DNA of 64,000 bases from Candidatus Latescibacterota bacterium (GTDB taxonomy: Bacteria; Latescibacterota; UBA2968; GCA-2709665): assembly GCA_965226795.1 (NCBI GenBank), contig CBDDDZ010000005.1, forward strand, positions 2,624,001 to 2,688,000, read 5' to 3'. Each line of letters starts with the position of its first letter. The first letter of the stretch is position 1. The translations under genes were made by a program, and so were the position numbers. The notes beneath the pieces are model-generated. The model saw only the letters and a list, made by a program, of their open reading frames with translations. It did no database searches and was not told the DNA's origin. This document shows positions 1 through 11,252 of this stretch, one piece after another.

Positions 1-671
1 TTCCGGTGGCCGAAGGAATAGACGGCGGTGCCAAACGGATTGTCCTGCGCAGGCTGTCCTTCGAGGTCCAGTCGAAGGACCTTACCCGCCAGCGAATTCA
101 GATCCTGTGAAAGTCCGGGAGTCTGTGCGTCACCCGTCGTCATATACAACAGTTTATCCGGACCGACCATGAGGCGCGCGCCGTCGTGATTCGGCGCTCC
201 GGGTATGCCATTCAACAGGATTTCAGGTTGGGCCAGCGCCGTACCGTCGTATCCCATCCGGACCAGACGGTTCCGAACACCGTCGCCTGTATTATAGGAA
301 TAAACAGCATAAACAAACGGCTGGCTCTCGAAATCCGGGTGAAACGCGATCCCCATTAATCCGCTTTCGCTCAACTCGAACGCATCGATCCGCCCAACGC
401 TGACTTTCGCGCCCGTCGCCGTATCCACCCTGGATATCGAACCGGTGCGTTCACTCACCCAGATCTGGCCATCGGGCCCCCACGCCAGATCCCAGGGTGT
501 GTCCAACCCCGTGACCAGAGTTCGCACCGTAAACCCATCCACCCTGTTGTCGGCTACCGACCCGACCCCGTTATCCGTAGACGGATCCTCCGGTTGGGAG
601 TCGTTCGCACCCTTTCCGCAACCCGCTATCACAAATATCGAAAGCAATACCGCCGCGATTCGGTGTTGCAC
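1..671 (-). CDS. PQQ-dependent (glucose/sorbosone-type) sugar dehydrogenase lipoprotein; 3' end runs off the window
   Basis: Not in ORF track; manual translation from GTG at 671 (RBS GGAGAAGGA): VQHRIAAVLLSIFVIAGC lipobox, GLDTPWDLAWGPDG, NHDGARLMVGPDKLLYMTTGDA, SLAGKVLRL, DNPF, YSFGHR. Confidence 0.85.
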   Translation of the reverse strand, partial: MQHRIAAVLLSIFVIAGCGKGANDSQPEDPSTDNGVGSVADNRVDGFTVRTLVTGLDTPWDLAWGPDGQIWVSERTGSISRVDTATGAKVSVGRIDAFELSESGLMGIAFHPDFESQPFVYAVYSYNTGDGVRNRLVRMGYDGTALAQPEILLNGIPGAPNHDGARLMVGPDKLLYMTTGDAQTPGLSQDLNSLAGKVLRLDLEGQPAQDNPFGTAVYSFGHR

Positions 672-748
672 AAACGTCCTTCTCCGTTATGACACTGTTC
701 GCACAGGTAACCTGGCCTCAGTGCTGGTCTCATCCACGGCTGCACAGG

Positions 749-3700
749 CTAAAACAACCCTGTGTAGTCAATGGAAAAATACTGCTTGGGATGGCCCGTT
801 TCCGCAAAATCGGTCGGCCACGCCAAGTCGTACCGGAACAGAAACGCTCCCATATTCACTCGAGCACCGAACCCATAACCCGCCTTCAGATCCCGAAGTT
901 CAAAGCCACCATCCCGCGCCTCCCACGGTTCGAAACTGTCCCGATTGAACGCACTACCTACGTCCAGAAACAGTTCACCCTGCACGTTTTGAAAAAATAG
1001 CGGCAGCGGCCAGCCCATCGCCAACTGCCGCAACAGGGGAAAGCGAAAAGCGACATTGGCCAGCAAAAACGAGTCGCCGGCCATCTCGAACACGTCGGTG
1101 CCGCGCAGGGGCCAGACAAAGCTGGAGAAAAATACACGTTCCCGGTCAACGGACGCGAACGTGGCGTAATTCGGATTGATCGAGTTGTTCACGCCACCCA
1201 GGAAAAAGACCTGGCTGTTCCGCCCGAAACTGGTCCCGCCGGACATTCGAATGGCGAACGTGTACTCGTCCAGCATCGGAACATATTTGCGATAGTCGCC
1301 CTGAACGGTACCGAACCGCATTCCCGCCCAACTGCCCCTTGCGGACAACCTCGCCCGGCGGCCTTTTGTTGGCCCGTAAAGGGAATACAACGCGTTGTCG
1401 TCGACAAGGTCCAGGCTGCTGATAACGGCTTTGTTGTTGGAAACCGGCGTACCGCTCCCACGCAAAACCCGTCCGGTGTAGCCTGCCCGAAAAGGCTGGT
1501 TCGAGTAAAGGCCCAGGTTTTCGCGGGAAATACTGATCGCCTGTAGACTTGCCTCAAGCCGAGTAAATCGATTGAATGGCCGCTGGAAATCAACGCCACC
1601 TCCGTAGATGCGATCGGCCACGACCTGACCGTTCGATATAAAGAAGCTTCGGGTATGAAACGCGCTGAGGTAGTAGTTGGTCTGGTGTTTGAGGTTCTGG
1701 TATCCGAGGAAGAGGTCGCTGTCTTTCAGGGAGAAGCTCAGCCCTGACTGTATGATGACGCGGTGGTCGCCCATCACGTCGGTCAGCGACAACTGGACCA
1801 GGCTGCTGACGCCGTAGAAGGTGTCGAAGCCGGCGTTGGCACCGAAGAATTCCGGTTTGAGTTTTACGCTGTATTTGTTTACCATGAACTCTTTGTTCCA
1901 GTCGCGCAGCGTCAGTTCCCTGTCGCCGTCCGTCTCCAGCGTGTCGGCCCCGGCGGCGCCTTCGTCGTCGGTGGCGCCACTGGCTTCGGCTGCCGCCAGC
2001 GCCATCTGATCCGACACCCACGTCTCCACCTTCCTGTCCGCCGCCACCGCCGCCGTGTCCTGTTCCGCACCGCCGCCAGCGCTGTCGGCCGCCGCGCTGG
2101 CCTTCACCTCTTCCTGCCTGCGCTCACGCTGCAGTTCCACGAACGGACGGTCTTCGATCCCCGCCAGACGCTTCGCATAACGCGTCAGCGGCAGATCTTC
2201 GGTCCCCCGCTTCTGCTTCAGCGGGTCCTTCATCACGAAGATGTCATAACCGCCCTTGTGAAACGTCGTAAACGCCAGCTTCCTGCCGTCGGCAGACCAG
2301 TCGATATACCGCGCCCCCGACAACAGATTGCTGATGGGATACACCTGTGAGCCGTCCACGTGCGCGATGTAGACGTTGCCCACGCCCGTCCTGTCCGATA
2401 CGAACGCCAGCTTCTGCGAGTCCGGCCCCCACGTGGGATGGCTGTCGTTCGCCTCGCTTTCCGCCACGCGACGGATCTCGCTGCCATCGCCCCGGAGTAC
2501 GAACACGTCATACGTGCCGTAAACGAAATCCTTCGACCCGTCATACGTCAGATCCGCCGACGGACGGTCCGAACTGATCGCGAGCCACTCCCCGTCAGGC
2601 GACCAGTCCAGGTGCTTCTCGTCATACGGATCACGCGTCATGCGACGCAGCGACTCGTCCGCCACGTTCACCACATACACGTCCGACCACCCGTCCTTCA
2701 ACCCCACGATTGCGATCTCCTTCCCGTCAGGCGACCACGTGGGCTCGAACAAACCGTCCAGATCGAACTTGAAGCGCTTCGTCACTCGCTTCTTCCTCAC
2801 GTCCAGCGTATACAGCGTGTTCTTGTTGCGCGACTTCGCCGCAAACGCGACCTGCCTGCCGTCGGGCGACCACGTGATGCCGGGACGCAGCACGAACAGC
2901 CCCTCGAAGTCCGACGATCGCTCACCCTCCACCAACCGTCCCAGATCCTGTCCGTCGATCGCCGACATCAGATAAATGTCGAACGTACCCTGACGCTCCG
3001 TCACATACGCGATCTTGTCGCCCTGCGGCGAAAACGACGGCGCGACATTGTAAAAACCTCGCCCCGCAGACGCTTCCGTCAACTGCTTCGCCACCTCCTC
3101 CGACGGGTGATGCAGGTTGATCTCGTTCCAATACTGACGCTTCAACCACAACTGCCACTTCTCGTCCAGCTCTTCCACACCCTCCCCCACCGACGCCTTC
3201 AGAGCCTTGTCCACAGAACGCGCCGACCGGAACGACGAGATAAACTCCGCCACCTTGTCCTTCCCATACTCCTCCTCGATCATCACGAAAACCGACTGAC
3301 CACCCTTATACGCAAACGCACCGCTCAACGCCATCATCCCCGGCACATACCCCGTGATCGTCGCGTGACGCATGAAGTTGTCACCCTCACCGTCCCACCC
3401 CCCCTGCGACAAATACTCCGCCACGCCCTCCGCAATCCACAACGGCGGCAACGTCGCCGCCTGCGTCATCATCGCACCCAGCCACCCGCCGCCCGTCCAC
3501 ATCTCCAATGTCACCACGTGCGCCAACTCGTGGTGGATCACGTGACGGAAATCGCCATAAGACCCCGTATACGGGATTACCACACGACCCTGTGCAAACT
3601 CCGTAAATCCACCCGTGAACTCCGACTGCTCCGTCGGCGTGATGTTCGTCACCGAAAAACCGTTGTGCGAGTTGTAGATCACAATCGGATATCGATCCTT

Positions 3701-3940
3701 CAGCGTATACTTCAGATCCTTCTCCAGACGTACCAGCGAACGCTCCGCCTCCTTCGCCGCAAACTCCGCCGCAGGCTGCGACGCCCGGTCAAAATAAATC
3801 TTGAAATGCTCCGTCTCCAGATAGTGCCAGTCGTAATCGTCATACGTCACCTTGTTCTTGCCAAAATACTCCTGGCCGCCAGCTATACCACACGTGAACA
3901 AACTAATGAGAATCGCAGACATCAAATTACGCCTGATCAT
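749..3940 (-). CDS. Secreted gluzincin-like peptidase + TolB/PD40 beta-propeller + Omp85/BamA-like barrel fusion
   Basis: ATG 3940 with AAGGAGG RBS; signal peptide; HELAH and WIAEGVAEY; repeated WSPDG motifs; C-terminal barrel motifs (DYRKY, PLRG, FLDVGSAF, AGYGFGARV), terminal Phe. Confidence 0.8.
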   Translation of the reverse strand: MIRRNLMSAILISLFTCGIAGGQEYFGKNKVTYDDYDWHYLETEHFKIYFDRASQPAAEFAAKEAERSLVRLEKDLKYTLKDRYPIVIYNSHNGFSVTNITPTEQSEFTGGFTEFAQGRVVIPYTGSYGDFRHVIHHELAHVVTLEMWTGGGWLGAMMTQAATLPPLWIAEGVAEYLSQGGWDGEGDNFMRHATITGYVPGMMALSGAFAYKGGQSVFVMIEEEYGKDKVAEFISSFRSARSVDKALKASVGEGVEELDEKWQLWLKRQYWNEINLHHPSEEVAKQLTEASAGRGFYNVAPSFSPQGDKIAYVTERQGTFDIYLMSAIDGQDLGRLVEGERSSDFEGLFVLRPGITWSPDGRQVAFAAKSRNKNTLYTLDVRKKRVTKRFKFDLDGLFEPTWSPDGKEIAIVGLKDGWSDVYVVNVADESLRRMTRDPYDEKHLDWSPDGEWLAISSDRPSADLTYDGSKDFVYGTYDVFVLRGDGSEIRRVAESEANDSHPTWGPDSQKLAFVSDRTGVGNVYIAHVDGSQVYPISNLLSGARYIDWSADGRKLAFTTFHKGGYDIFVMKDPLKQKRGTEDLPLTRYAKRLAGIEDRPFVELQRERRQEEVKASAAADSAGGGAEQDTAAVAADRKVETWVSDQMALAAAEASGATDDEGAAGADTLETDGDRELTLRDWNKEFMVNKYSVKLKPEFFGANAGFDTFYGVSSLVQLSLTDVMGDHRVIIQSGLSFSLKDSDLFLGYQNLKHQTNYYLSAFHTRSFFISNGQVVADRIYGGGVDFQRPFNRFTRLEASLQAISISRENLGLYSNQPFRAGYTGRVLRGSGTPVSNNKAVISSLDLVDDNALYSLYGPTKGRRARLSARGSWAGMRFGTVQGDYRKYVPMLDEYTFAIRMSGGTSFGRNSQVFFLGGVNNSINPNYATFASVDRERVFFSSFVWPLRGTDVFEMAGDSFLLANVAFRFPLLRQLAMGWPLPLFFQNVQGELFLDVGSAFNRDSFEPWEARDGGFELRDLKAGYGFGARVNMGAFLFRYDLAWPTDFAETGHPKQYFSIDYTGLF

Positions 3941-4495
3941 AATCGGCCTCCTTACGCGTGCCGGAGTTGCGGCGGCCATCTCTTCCATGTAGCACATGGT
4001 GCCGATGGCTGTGGCACGACTTGCGTGATCTGTATCCGTCGGCGTATTTCGCTTTCGTCCAAGGCGATGGGGTGGGGGTCGGCCGCCGGGATTTTACCGC
4101 CCCCACCCCTGCTCCCGCACGATATCTGCGGGAAAACGCTATTATTAAATCCGCCGTCATTTGCTTCAAAAGGAGTTGCCGATCCGTCCTTCACACTTCA
4201 TTATTTAGAACGACGGTGGTCTCAAATCGTTCCCTCAATTTTTTCAATGACATCCGCTATCTCTTCCATATATTAGCTGCAAAGGAAGTCGAACTTCACA
4301 AATCTCGATTTAGCCTTTGTGTTGTCATTCCCTTAAAGATAAAAGGGGGACAACGACCAATTGGCGGCCCGATCGGGCGAACCACCTTGCGGATGGATTT
4401 CAGCTTCCGGAACCGTCCGGCGGTGCACGCCGAATCGCGGCATTCATTCGAACGCCCATGTCACCGTACGCCACTTTTCCGGGAACACGTAAACG

Positions 4496-5683
4496 ATGGA
4501 GAAAATGAGACTCGGCATCCTCGGCCTGCGGCGGGGCATCGCCCACCTGCGCAACTTTCTGGCCACCGAGAACGCCGAAGTCATTGCCGCTTGTGACCGT
4601 TTTCCCTACTACCGGGAACAGGCTCGTTCAATATTGGACAGGGAAGGCGCGTCAACGGAACTGTTGGCGGAGTACGACGACCTCCTGGAACGTAAACCCG
4701 ATGCCGTGGTCATTGCCAGCAACGGCAAACTTCAGGTTGAACACGCCTGCATGGCGATGGAAGCCGGCTGCCACGTTCTATCGGAAGTGCCGGGCGCAGA
4801 CACCGAACACGAACTGGTTCGCCTCCGCGAAACCGTGGAACGCACCGGACTCACTTACATGCTGGCCGAAAACGCCTGTTACGCCGGCTTTGTGCCCTAC
4901 TGGCGCAAGTGGATACAGGAAGACCGCTTCGGACCCGTCTCCATCGCAGAAGCCGAATACCTTCACTACCTGCCGCAAACGCTCTACTCGTCGGACGGCA
5001 AACGCCTTTCGCCAAGCCAGGCGCATTCCGCCGGTGGCGTGAATGCGAAACCAATATGGCGTGCCGACCAACCCCCCATCCAATACCTTACCCACGACCT
5101 GGGCCCCCTGCTGGAAATCCTGGACGATCGCGCTGTTTCGGTTACCTGCCTGAGCGCCCCCTGGCGCTGCAGGGAAGCACCATTGAGATCAGACGGCCAA
5201 ATTGCTCTGTTTCATACGCAGAAGGGCACGCTTATCAAAATCATGGTTACCCTGAACACAATTCGACCCTCCGAGCACCGCTATCGACTCTTCGGAACCG
5301 AAGGGAGCGCGGAGATGTTTACCTACGAAGAATTCACCCGTTATTTCGATAAAGGTTGCAGTCACAAAGACGGTTGGTTAGTTCTGCCGGTAAGCCGGGC
5401 CGCTGTAGACGATGCCACAGGCGGCCACGGTGGAACGGACCTGAAAGTCGCCCGGCACTTCACAAACACCGTGCTTGGCGGCCAGCCGTCTCCCATCGAC
5501 GTCTACCGCGCCATCGAATACGCGCTGCCGGGCATAATAGCGGCCCGCTCAGCGGAACTTGGCGGCGCCCCGATTGCAATCCCCGACCTGAGACGAGATC
5601 CGTTTTCCGGGACTACCTTCTGGGACACTGTACAGGTCCCCGAAACCGACCCCCCATCCACCGTTTACAGACCGCCCGTGTAA
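4496..5683 (+). CDS. Gfo/Idh/MocA family oxidoreductase
   Basis: MRLGILGL start, DAVVIAS, HACMAMEAGCHVLSEVP, YMLAEN, GGHGG. Confidence 0.85.
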   Translation: MEKMRLGILGLRRGIAHLRNFLATENAEVIAACDRFPYYREQARSILDREGASTELLAEYDDLLERKPDAVVIASNGKLQVEHACMAMEAGCHVLSEVPGADTEHELVRLRETVERTGLTYMLAENACYAGFVPYWRKWIQEDRFGPVSIAEAEYLHYLPQTLYSSDGKRLSPSQAHSAGGVNAKPIWRADQPPIQYLTHDLGPLLEILDDRAVSVTCLSAPWRCREAPLRSDGQIALFHTQKGTLIKIMVTLNTIRPSEHRYRLFGTEGSAEMFTYEEFTRYFDKGCSHKDGWLVLPVSRAAVDDATGGHGGTDLKVARHFTNTVLGGQPSPIDVYRAIEYALPGIIAARSAELGGAPIAIPDLRRDPFSGTTFWDTVQVPETDPPSTVYRPPV

Positions 5684-5742
5684 TCGATCCGCCTTCATGC
5701 AGGTCCGCCGCACCTCCGTCTGGCGCCTCATATCCATCTCCC

Positions 5743-7464
5743 ATGATGTACACATCTATCGAACTCCAACTCCTTAAGAACAGGCTGGAATCCATCGCGG
5801 ACGACATGGCGCTCACGGTCGTTCGTACCGCCTATTCAACCAATCTCAGAAACTCCATGGACTTTTCCACCGGCTTCTGCGACCCCGGCGGCCGGCTGGT
5901 TGCACAGGGACTCTGTCTTCCCTTGCATCTTGGCAGCCTTCCGGATGGGATCGCCGCCGTCCTGAACCGGTTTGACGGCGCCATCGAAGACGGCGATGTA
6001 TTCATTCTTAACGACCCGTATGAGGGTGGTACTCACCTGCCGGACATCTACATCTACAAGCCCGTGTTCGTCAGCTCCCGGCTGCTGGGATTCGTGGCCG
6101 CCATCGCGCATCATACCGATATCGGCGGACGGGTCGCCGGCGGAAACGCTTGCGACTCGACGGAAATCTACCAGGAAGGCCTGCGCATTCCGCCGCTCAA
6201 ACTCTACGTTGCCGGCCGTCCGGTCCAGGCGATATTCGACCTTATTGAACGCAACGTCCGCGTCCCCCGCAACGCTTTGGGTGACCTTCGCGCCCAGCTG
6301 TCCGCCTGCCACACTGGTGAAAAAGCAATCGTCGCCCTGGCCAGGGATCAGGGATTCGATCGCCTCCAGATCGGATTTTCCCAACTTCTGGACTACTCCG
6401 AACGCCTCACGCGGGCAGAAATCGCCGCCTTGCCCGACGGGCGTTTCAGCTTTACTGATGTACTTGATGGCGACGGTATCGATCCGAATCCAATCGTCAT
6501 CGCCGTCACAATCGAGGTAGCGGGCAGCGCGCTGTCCGTAGACTTCACCGGCACCGCACCTCAGGTAACGGGGGCCATCAACTGTGTCGCTTCATTCACC
6601 AGGTCGGCAGTGTACGCCTGTCTGCGCTGTCTCATGCGCGCGGACATCCCCACCAATTCCGGCTTCTTTCGTGCCGTTGACGTGCACATCCCATCCGCCA
6701 CGATTGCCAACCCGGTGCCGCCCGCTCCCGTGGCCGCCCGTGGCCTTACCGGCTTTCGATTGGCCAATACTATTATGGGCGCGCTCGCTCAATTGGCGCC
6801 GCATATCGTGCCAGCCTGCGAGGTCGGAGGAGACACGGGTATTTCAATTGGGGGATACCGTACGGACCGTACCCCGTTCGTCTTTCTCGAGTTCCTCTTC
6901 TGCGGCTGGGGGGGGCGCCCGGACCGGGACGGCATTGACGGCTGCGCCAGTATTGTCGTCAATTTCTCCAACAACCCCGCCGAAGTCATCGAAGCCGAAT
7001 ATCCTCTACAGATCCTCGAATACGGATTCCTGCCCGACACAGGCGGGGCGGGCAAATATCGCGGTTCCTGCTCGATTGTACGCGAGTACCGGTTTACGGA
7101 AACACAAGCGACCCTGCAGATCCGCTCGGACCGCCACGACTTCCTGCCCTACGGCCTGTCGGGCGGTCAGCCGGGATCCCCTTCGAAAAACATCCTGAAC
7201 CCGCACACCGAGGCCCGGGAGTTGCCCACGAAGACGTTGCTCACCCTCAACAGAGGCGACGTTCTGCGGCACGTACTCGCAGGCGCAGGCGGCTGGGGCA
7301 ATCCGCTGGAACGCGACCCCCAACGCATACTCGACGACGTCAGAAACGGCAAAGTCTCAATCCGGTCCGCCGAACGGAACTACGGCGTCGCTATCGACCC
7401 TGACACGTTGAAAATCGACGTTGCACGGACGAACCGGCTCCGATCCCGGTCCGGATGCACATAA
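5743..7464 (+). CDS. Hydantoinase B / oxoprolinase family protein
   Basis: RTAYS, DFSTG, LPLHLGS, NDPYEGGTHLPD, HHTDIGG, EIYQEGL, GGAGKYRG, GAGGWGNPLERDP; start trimmed from ORF 5356..7464. Confidence 0.9.
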   Translation: MMYTSIELQLLKNRLESIADDMALTVVRTAYSTNLRNSMDFSTGFCDPGGRLVAQGLCLPLHLGSLPDGIAAVLNRFDGAIEDGDVFILNDPYEGGTHLPDIYIYKPVFVSSRLLGFVAAIAHHTDIGGRVAGGNACDSTEIYQEGLRIPPLKLYVAGRPVQAIFDLIERNVRVPRNALGDLRAQLSACHTGEKAIVALARDQGFDRLQIGFSQLLDYSERLTRAEIAALPDGRFSFTDVLDGDGIDPNPIVIAVTIEVAGSALSVDFTGTAPQVTGAINCVASFTRSAVYACLRCLMRADIPTNSGFFRAVDVHIPSATIANPVPPAPVAARGLTGFRLANTIMGALAQLAPHIVPACEVGGDTGISIGGYRTDRTPFVFLEFLFCGWGGRPDRDGIDGCASIVVNFSNNPAEVIEAEYPLQILEYGFLPDTGGAGKYRGSCSIVREYRFTETQATLQIRSDRHDFLPYGLSGGQPGSPSKNILNPHTEARELPTKTLLTLNRGDVLRHVLAGAGGWGNPLERDPQRILDDVRNGKVSIRSAERNYGVAIDPDTLKIDVARTNRLRSRSGCT

Positions 7465-7532
7465 CGCCTCCGGTATTCCCTGCGTGCCGTCTCCACCCGC
7501 ATTTCAAACAGGACATAACGCGAAGACTGCGG

Positions 7533-9579
7533 TCAATCCACATCAATCACGATATTCCTCCAGTCGTCCAGGTGGACGCGGGCTTCCGGTGGAACCAGAG
7601 TGGTTGCGTCATAGTCCTCCACAATAAGCGGGCCCCGTACGGGCGAATTCTGGAGGTAACGCCGAGGCAAAACCGGAGTCTCGATCCATCCTCGAATCTC
7701 CCCGAAATATGCTCGCCTGCTGCCCGGTCTTCGGCCGCTTCCGTCCGGTTCGGAGATGTCTCTCCCGTGGGGCAACGACGGCTCGGGCAGAAACGCACGA
7801 ATCCTCAAGGTAACGACCTCGACAGGGTCGGTCTCGGAGCGGTGCCCGTATGTGCGCTCGTGTTCCGCTTCAAAAGCGTCCCTGAGATCGGCCAGGGTGT
7901 CGCCGTTCCACAGGCTTGTCGGTTGTCCTGATCGACAGTTCATAGGACTGCCCTGCATACCTGAGATCCACGGTATTCTCTATTGCTGAACCGGGCAATC
8001 TTTCCCTGGCTTCGACAGCCATCTCTTCAAATGCCCTCTGAAGCTCAACCGGTTCCGTTTCCGTAAGTTGCTTTAGACAGGTGCGTGCCAGATCGTACTG
8101 CAATCCTGCCGAGACCAGACCGATCGCGCTGAAAAGACCGGGCGCTGGTGGAACCAGTACCCTCTGTATGCCGAGCGCCCTAGCCATCCCGACGGCGTGC
8201 AGAGGACCGCTCCCGCCGAAAGCCAGCAACAAATACCCCCGGGGGTCACGGCCGCGCTCAGATGAAACCGCGCGTACAGCCCTCACCATACGGGCAACCG
8301 CGATCCGGTGCGCTCCCAGGGCGGCCTCGTCCTCCCCCACGTCCATCCTTGACGCGACCCACTCCCGCATTGCGCTTCGGGCCGGCGCTACGTCCAGAGG
8401 CAAACTGCTGCCAGCCGGTCCATCGGGATTCAGGTATCCCAGCAACAGACTGGCATCGGTAAGCGTAGGCCGGTACCCTCCGCGCCGATAGCTGACGGGA
8501 CCGGGGTCCGCTCCAGCGCTCGCCGGCCCCACCTGAAGTGCTCCGCCGCCATCAACATGTAAAATACTTCCGCCGCCGGCTCCTATTTCGGCCAGCTCGA
8601 TACAGGGTACTCGGATGGCGTACCCGCCACCGCCCATCAATCTTCCCGCGACGGACAACCCGCCGCCGACCTCGTAATCCGATATCCGGGAGATACGCCC
8701 GTCTTCGATAAGCGACGCCTTGGCAGTCGTCCCTCCCATATCGAACGCAATCAGATCCCCGCAACCGATGCGACGCCCCAACGCCGCGGCGGCGACCACA
8801 CCCGCGGCCGGCCCGGATTCGAGAATCTGCACAGGGCGCTCGACCGCCGTCATGGCCTCGGTGACGCCTCCCGCGGACTGCATGATCCGTAGCGGCGCGT
8901 CGATATCCAGGTTCTGAAGACGCGCGCGAAGATCGCTCAGATAGCTCCGCACCACCGGCATTACATATGCGTTTATCACCGTGGTACTGGTCCGCTCATA
9001 TTCCTTGATCTCAGGCAAGACTTCAGACGAAAGCGTCACTGTCCACCGCCGGGCCGCCCGCAGCAACTCTCCTATCCTGACTTCGTGACTCGGATTCACA
9101 TACGCATTGAGCAGACACACCGCAACCGACACAACACGCTCCTCAATGAGCCGTTCGATTGCGAGATGAACACTCTCCTCGTCCAGTGCTTCCATTACCT
9201 CGCCGTCGGCGCCAATCCGTTCGTTCACCTCCAAGCGGAGATACCGTGGCACGAGAGGTTTCGGCTTCTCCCAGGAAAGATCGTACAACCGGGGCATCCG
9301 CAGCCGCCCGATCTCCAGCACGTCGCGAAAACCCCTTGTTGTGATCAGGCCGGTCCGCGCGCCCGTGCCGCTGAGTACGGCATTGGTCGCCACGGTGGTG
9401 CCATGGATGACTTCCGTCACCTCCGCCACCGATCCCTTTGCAACGCGACTTACGCCGTCTACGATGGCTCTCCCGTAATCTCCGGGCGTGGAAGGCAGCT
9501 TGCAGAGTGCCATACGGCCGTCTTCGCCTATAGCCACAACATCCGTAAAAGTGCCGCCGATATCGATGCCGATACGCAT
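7533..9579 (-). CDS. Hydantoinase A / oxoprolinase family protein, one frameshift near 7905-7945
   Basis: MRIGIDIGGTFTD, HGTTVATNA, EYERTSTT, ESGPAAG, DMGGTT, SAGADPGP, LRYAGQSYEL; the C-terminus (FEAEHERTYG...GPLIVEDYDATTLVPP) lies in ORF 7533..7958. Confidence 0.88.
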
Positions 9580-9607
9580 AGTCGAGCAATCCGGGAAGGG
9601 GGTGTTC

Positions 9608-10921
9608 TCAATCCACAAACAGGTATCGGGCGATGAAAATCACCGCCAGCAGGTCCACCAGGGGATTCACTTCTTCTCCACGTCCTCCCAGCCTTTTCAC
9701 AATGGGAAACGCTACAAACCCCATCGCAAGACCGTCCGAAATACTGAAGGTCAACGGCATAGCGATCATCGTCAAAAAGGCCGGCAACGCGTCCGTGACG
9801 TCGTTCCACTTCACGTTAACCACCGATGCCATCATCAGCACGCCCACCACGATCAGCGCGGGCGCGGTCGCAAACGCCGGAATGGCCTCCATCAAAGGCG
9901 TGAAGAAGAGCGCCACCAGAAACATCACACCTGTCACCACACTGGCGAAACCGGTGCGCGCTCCGGCCGAAATGCCCGCCGCGCTTTCTATATAGGTCGT
10001 TACGGTCGACGTCCCGAAGAGCGAACCGATCACCGTGCCCAATGAATCGGCCAGTAGCGCCCGGTTTGCCCGCGGCAGCCGGCCGCGTTTATCGAGAAAC
10101 CCCGCTCTCCCCGAAACGCCGACCAGCGTTCCCATCGTGTCGAACATATCCACAAACAAAAACACAAAGACCACACCGATTAAACCGAAATCGAACGCCG
10201 CCGGCAGGTTCAACACCGCGACGCCAAACAACCGCTCCGGCCACGCCGGCAAACTGAAAAGCCCTTGGGGTGTTGAGGTCACACCCGTTACCGTACCCAG
10301 AACAGCCACACCCAGCATCCCCAGCAATATGGCTCCCTTGACACCTCTTGCCAACATCACACCTGTGCCCAGCACGCCCAACAGCGTAAGACCCACGGGG
10401 CCACTCCTGATGTCGCCCAGTGCGAGCAGCGTTGCCGAATTTCCCGCTACGATTCCGGCGTTTTTCAATCCGATAAACGCGATGAACAGACCTATGCCGC
10501 ATGCCGTCGCCTGTTTTATGGTATCGGGCACCGCATTAATCAGGGCTTCCCTGACTCGCATCAGCGTCAGCAATGTGAATAGAATGCCGGACGCAAGAAC
10601 CACGCCCAATGCCAGATCCCAACGTACGCCCATGCCCAGTACCACCGAATACGTGAAAAAGGCATTCAGTCCCATCCCCGGCGCCAGGGCAAACGGGTAA
10701 TTCGCGACGATGCCCATTATCAACGTCGAAAGGGCGGCTGAAACGCAGGTTGCGAACAACAGTTCTCCAAAAAGATCCTTACCCAGCGCTTCCGCCAACA
10801 TACCAGGATTCACCGCCACTATATAGGCCATCGTTACAAACGAAGTAAGCCCTCCGATCACCTCCGTACGGTAGGTTGCCCCCTTCTCTTGAAATCGAAA
10901 ATACCTCGCAATCGCCAGCAT
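9608..10921 (-). CDS. NCS2 (AzgA/PbuG-like) nucleobase permease
   Basis: TEVIGGLTSFVTMAYI, NYPFALAPGMGLNAFF, FDTMGTL, TTYIESAAG, ATAPALIVVG, MPLTFSISDG; many TM segments. Confidence 0.92.
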   Translation of the reverse strand: MLAIARYFRFQEKGATYRTEVIGGLTSFVTMAYIVAVNPGMLAEALGKDLFGELLFATCVSAALSTLIMGIVANYPFALAPGMGLNAFFTYSVVLGMGVRWDLALGVVLASGILFTLLTLMRVREALINAVPDTIKQATACGIGLFIAFIGLKNAGIVAGNSATLLALGDIRSGPVGLTLLGVLGTGVMLARGVKGAILLGMLGVAVLGTVTGVTSTPQGLFSLPAWPERLFGVAVLNLPAAFDFGLIGVVFVFLFVDMFDTMGTLVGVSGRAGFLDKRGRLPRANRALLADSLGTVIGSLFGTSTVTTYIESAAGISAGARTGFASVVTGVMFLVALFFTPLMEAIPAFATAPALIVVGVLMMASVVNVKWNDVTDALPAFLTMIAMPLTFSISDGLAMGFVAFPIVKRLGGRGEEVNPLVDLLAVIFIARYLFVD

Positions 10922-11252
10922 ATGGCTCTCCAATTGGGAGTAGAAGATGCTAAAAGAAATTCAGCGACTCACCATCTCAAGGCTGAAGTGTTGCCATCCT
11001 CCCGCCTCAAACCAATCCGTGAATCCGTCGGTCGCTCCCCCGCTTTCTGCGTTCGTGGCATTGCCTGATCCGCTGTTGTCGAATTTCAGATTACATAATC
11101 CGGGCAGTCGGCTTTACGCTTGATTTTGTATGGCACTTATATACATTTATCTCTGTCGGCGATCCATCGAACCCGTCGATCAGCTGTTCTGCCGGTGGCC
11201 TTCGGCCAAGCCTTATGGACTGACGATTTTGTTCAAGCCCCGGAGCCCAGGG

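Noticed and set aside
2360..4276. 638-aa plus-strand ORF
   Set aside because: Antisense shadow of the Omp85 fusion; Arg/His/Leu-rich with no motifs, explained by biased codon usage on the coding strand.
11020..11060. ZTP or purine riboswitch upstream of the NCS2 permease
   Set aside because: Only GGGGAGCGAC resembles the ZTP motif; other conserved segments are absent.
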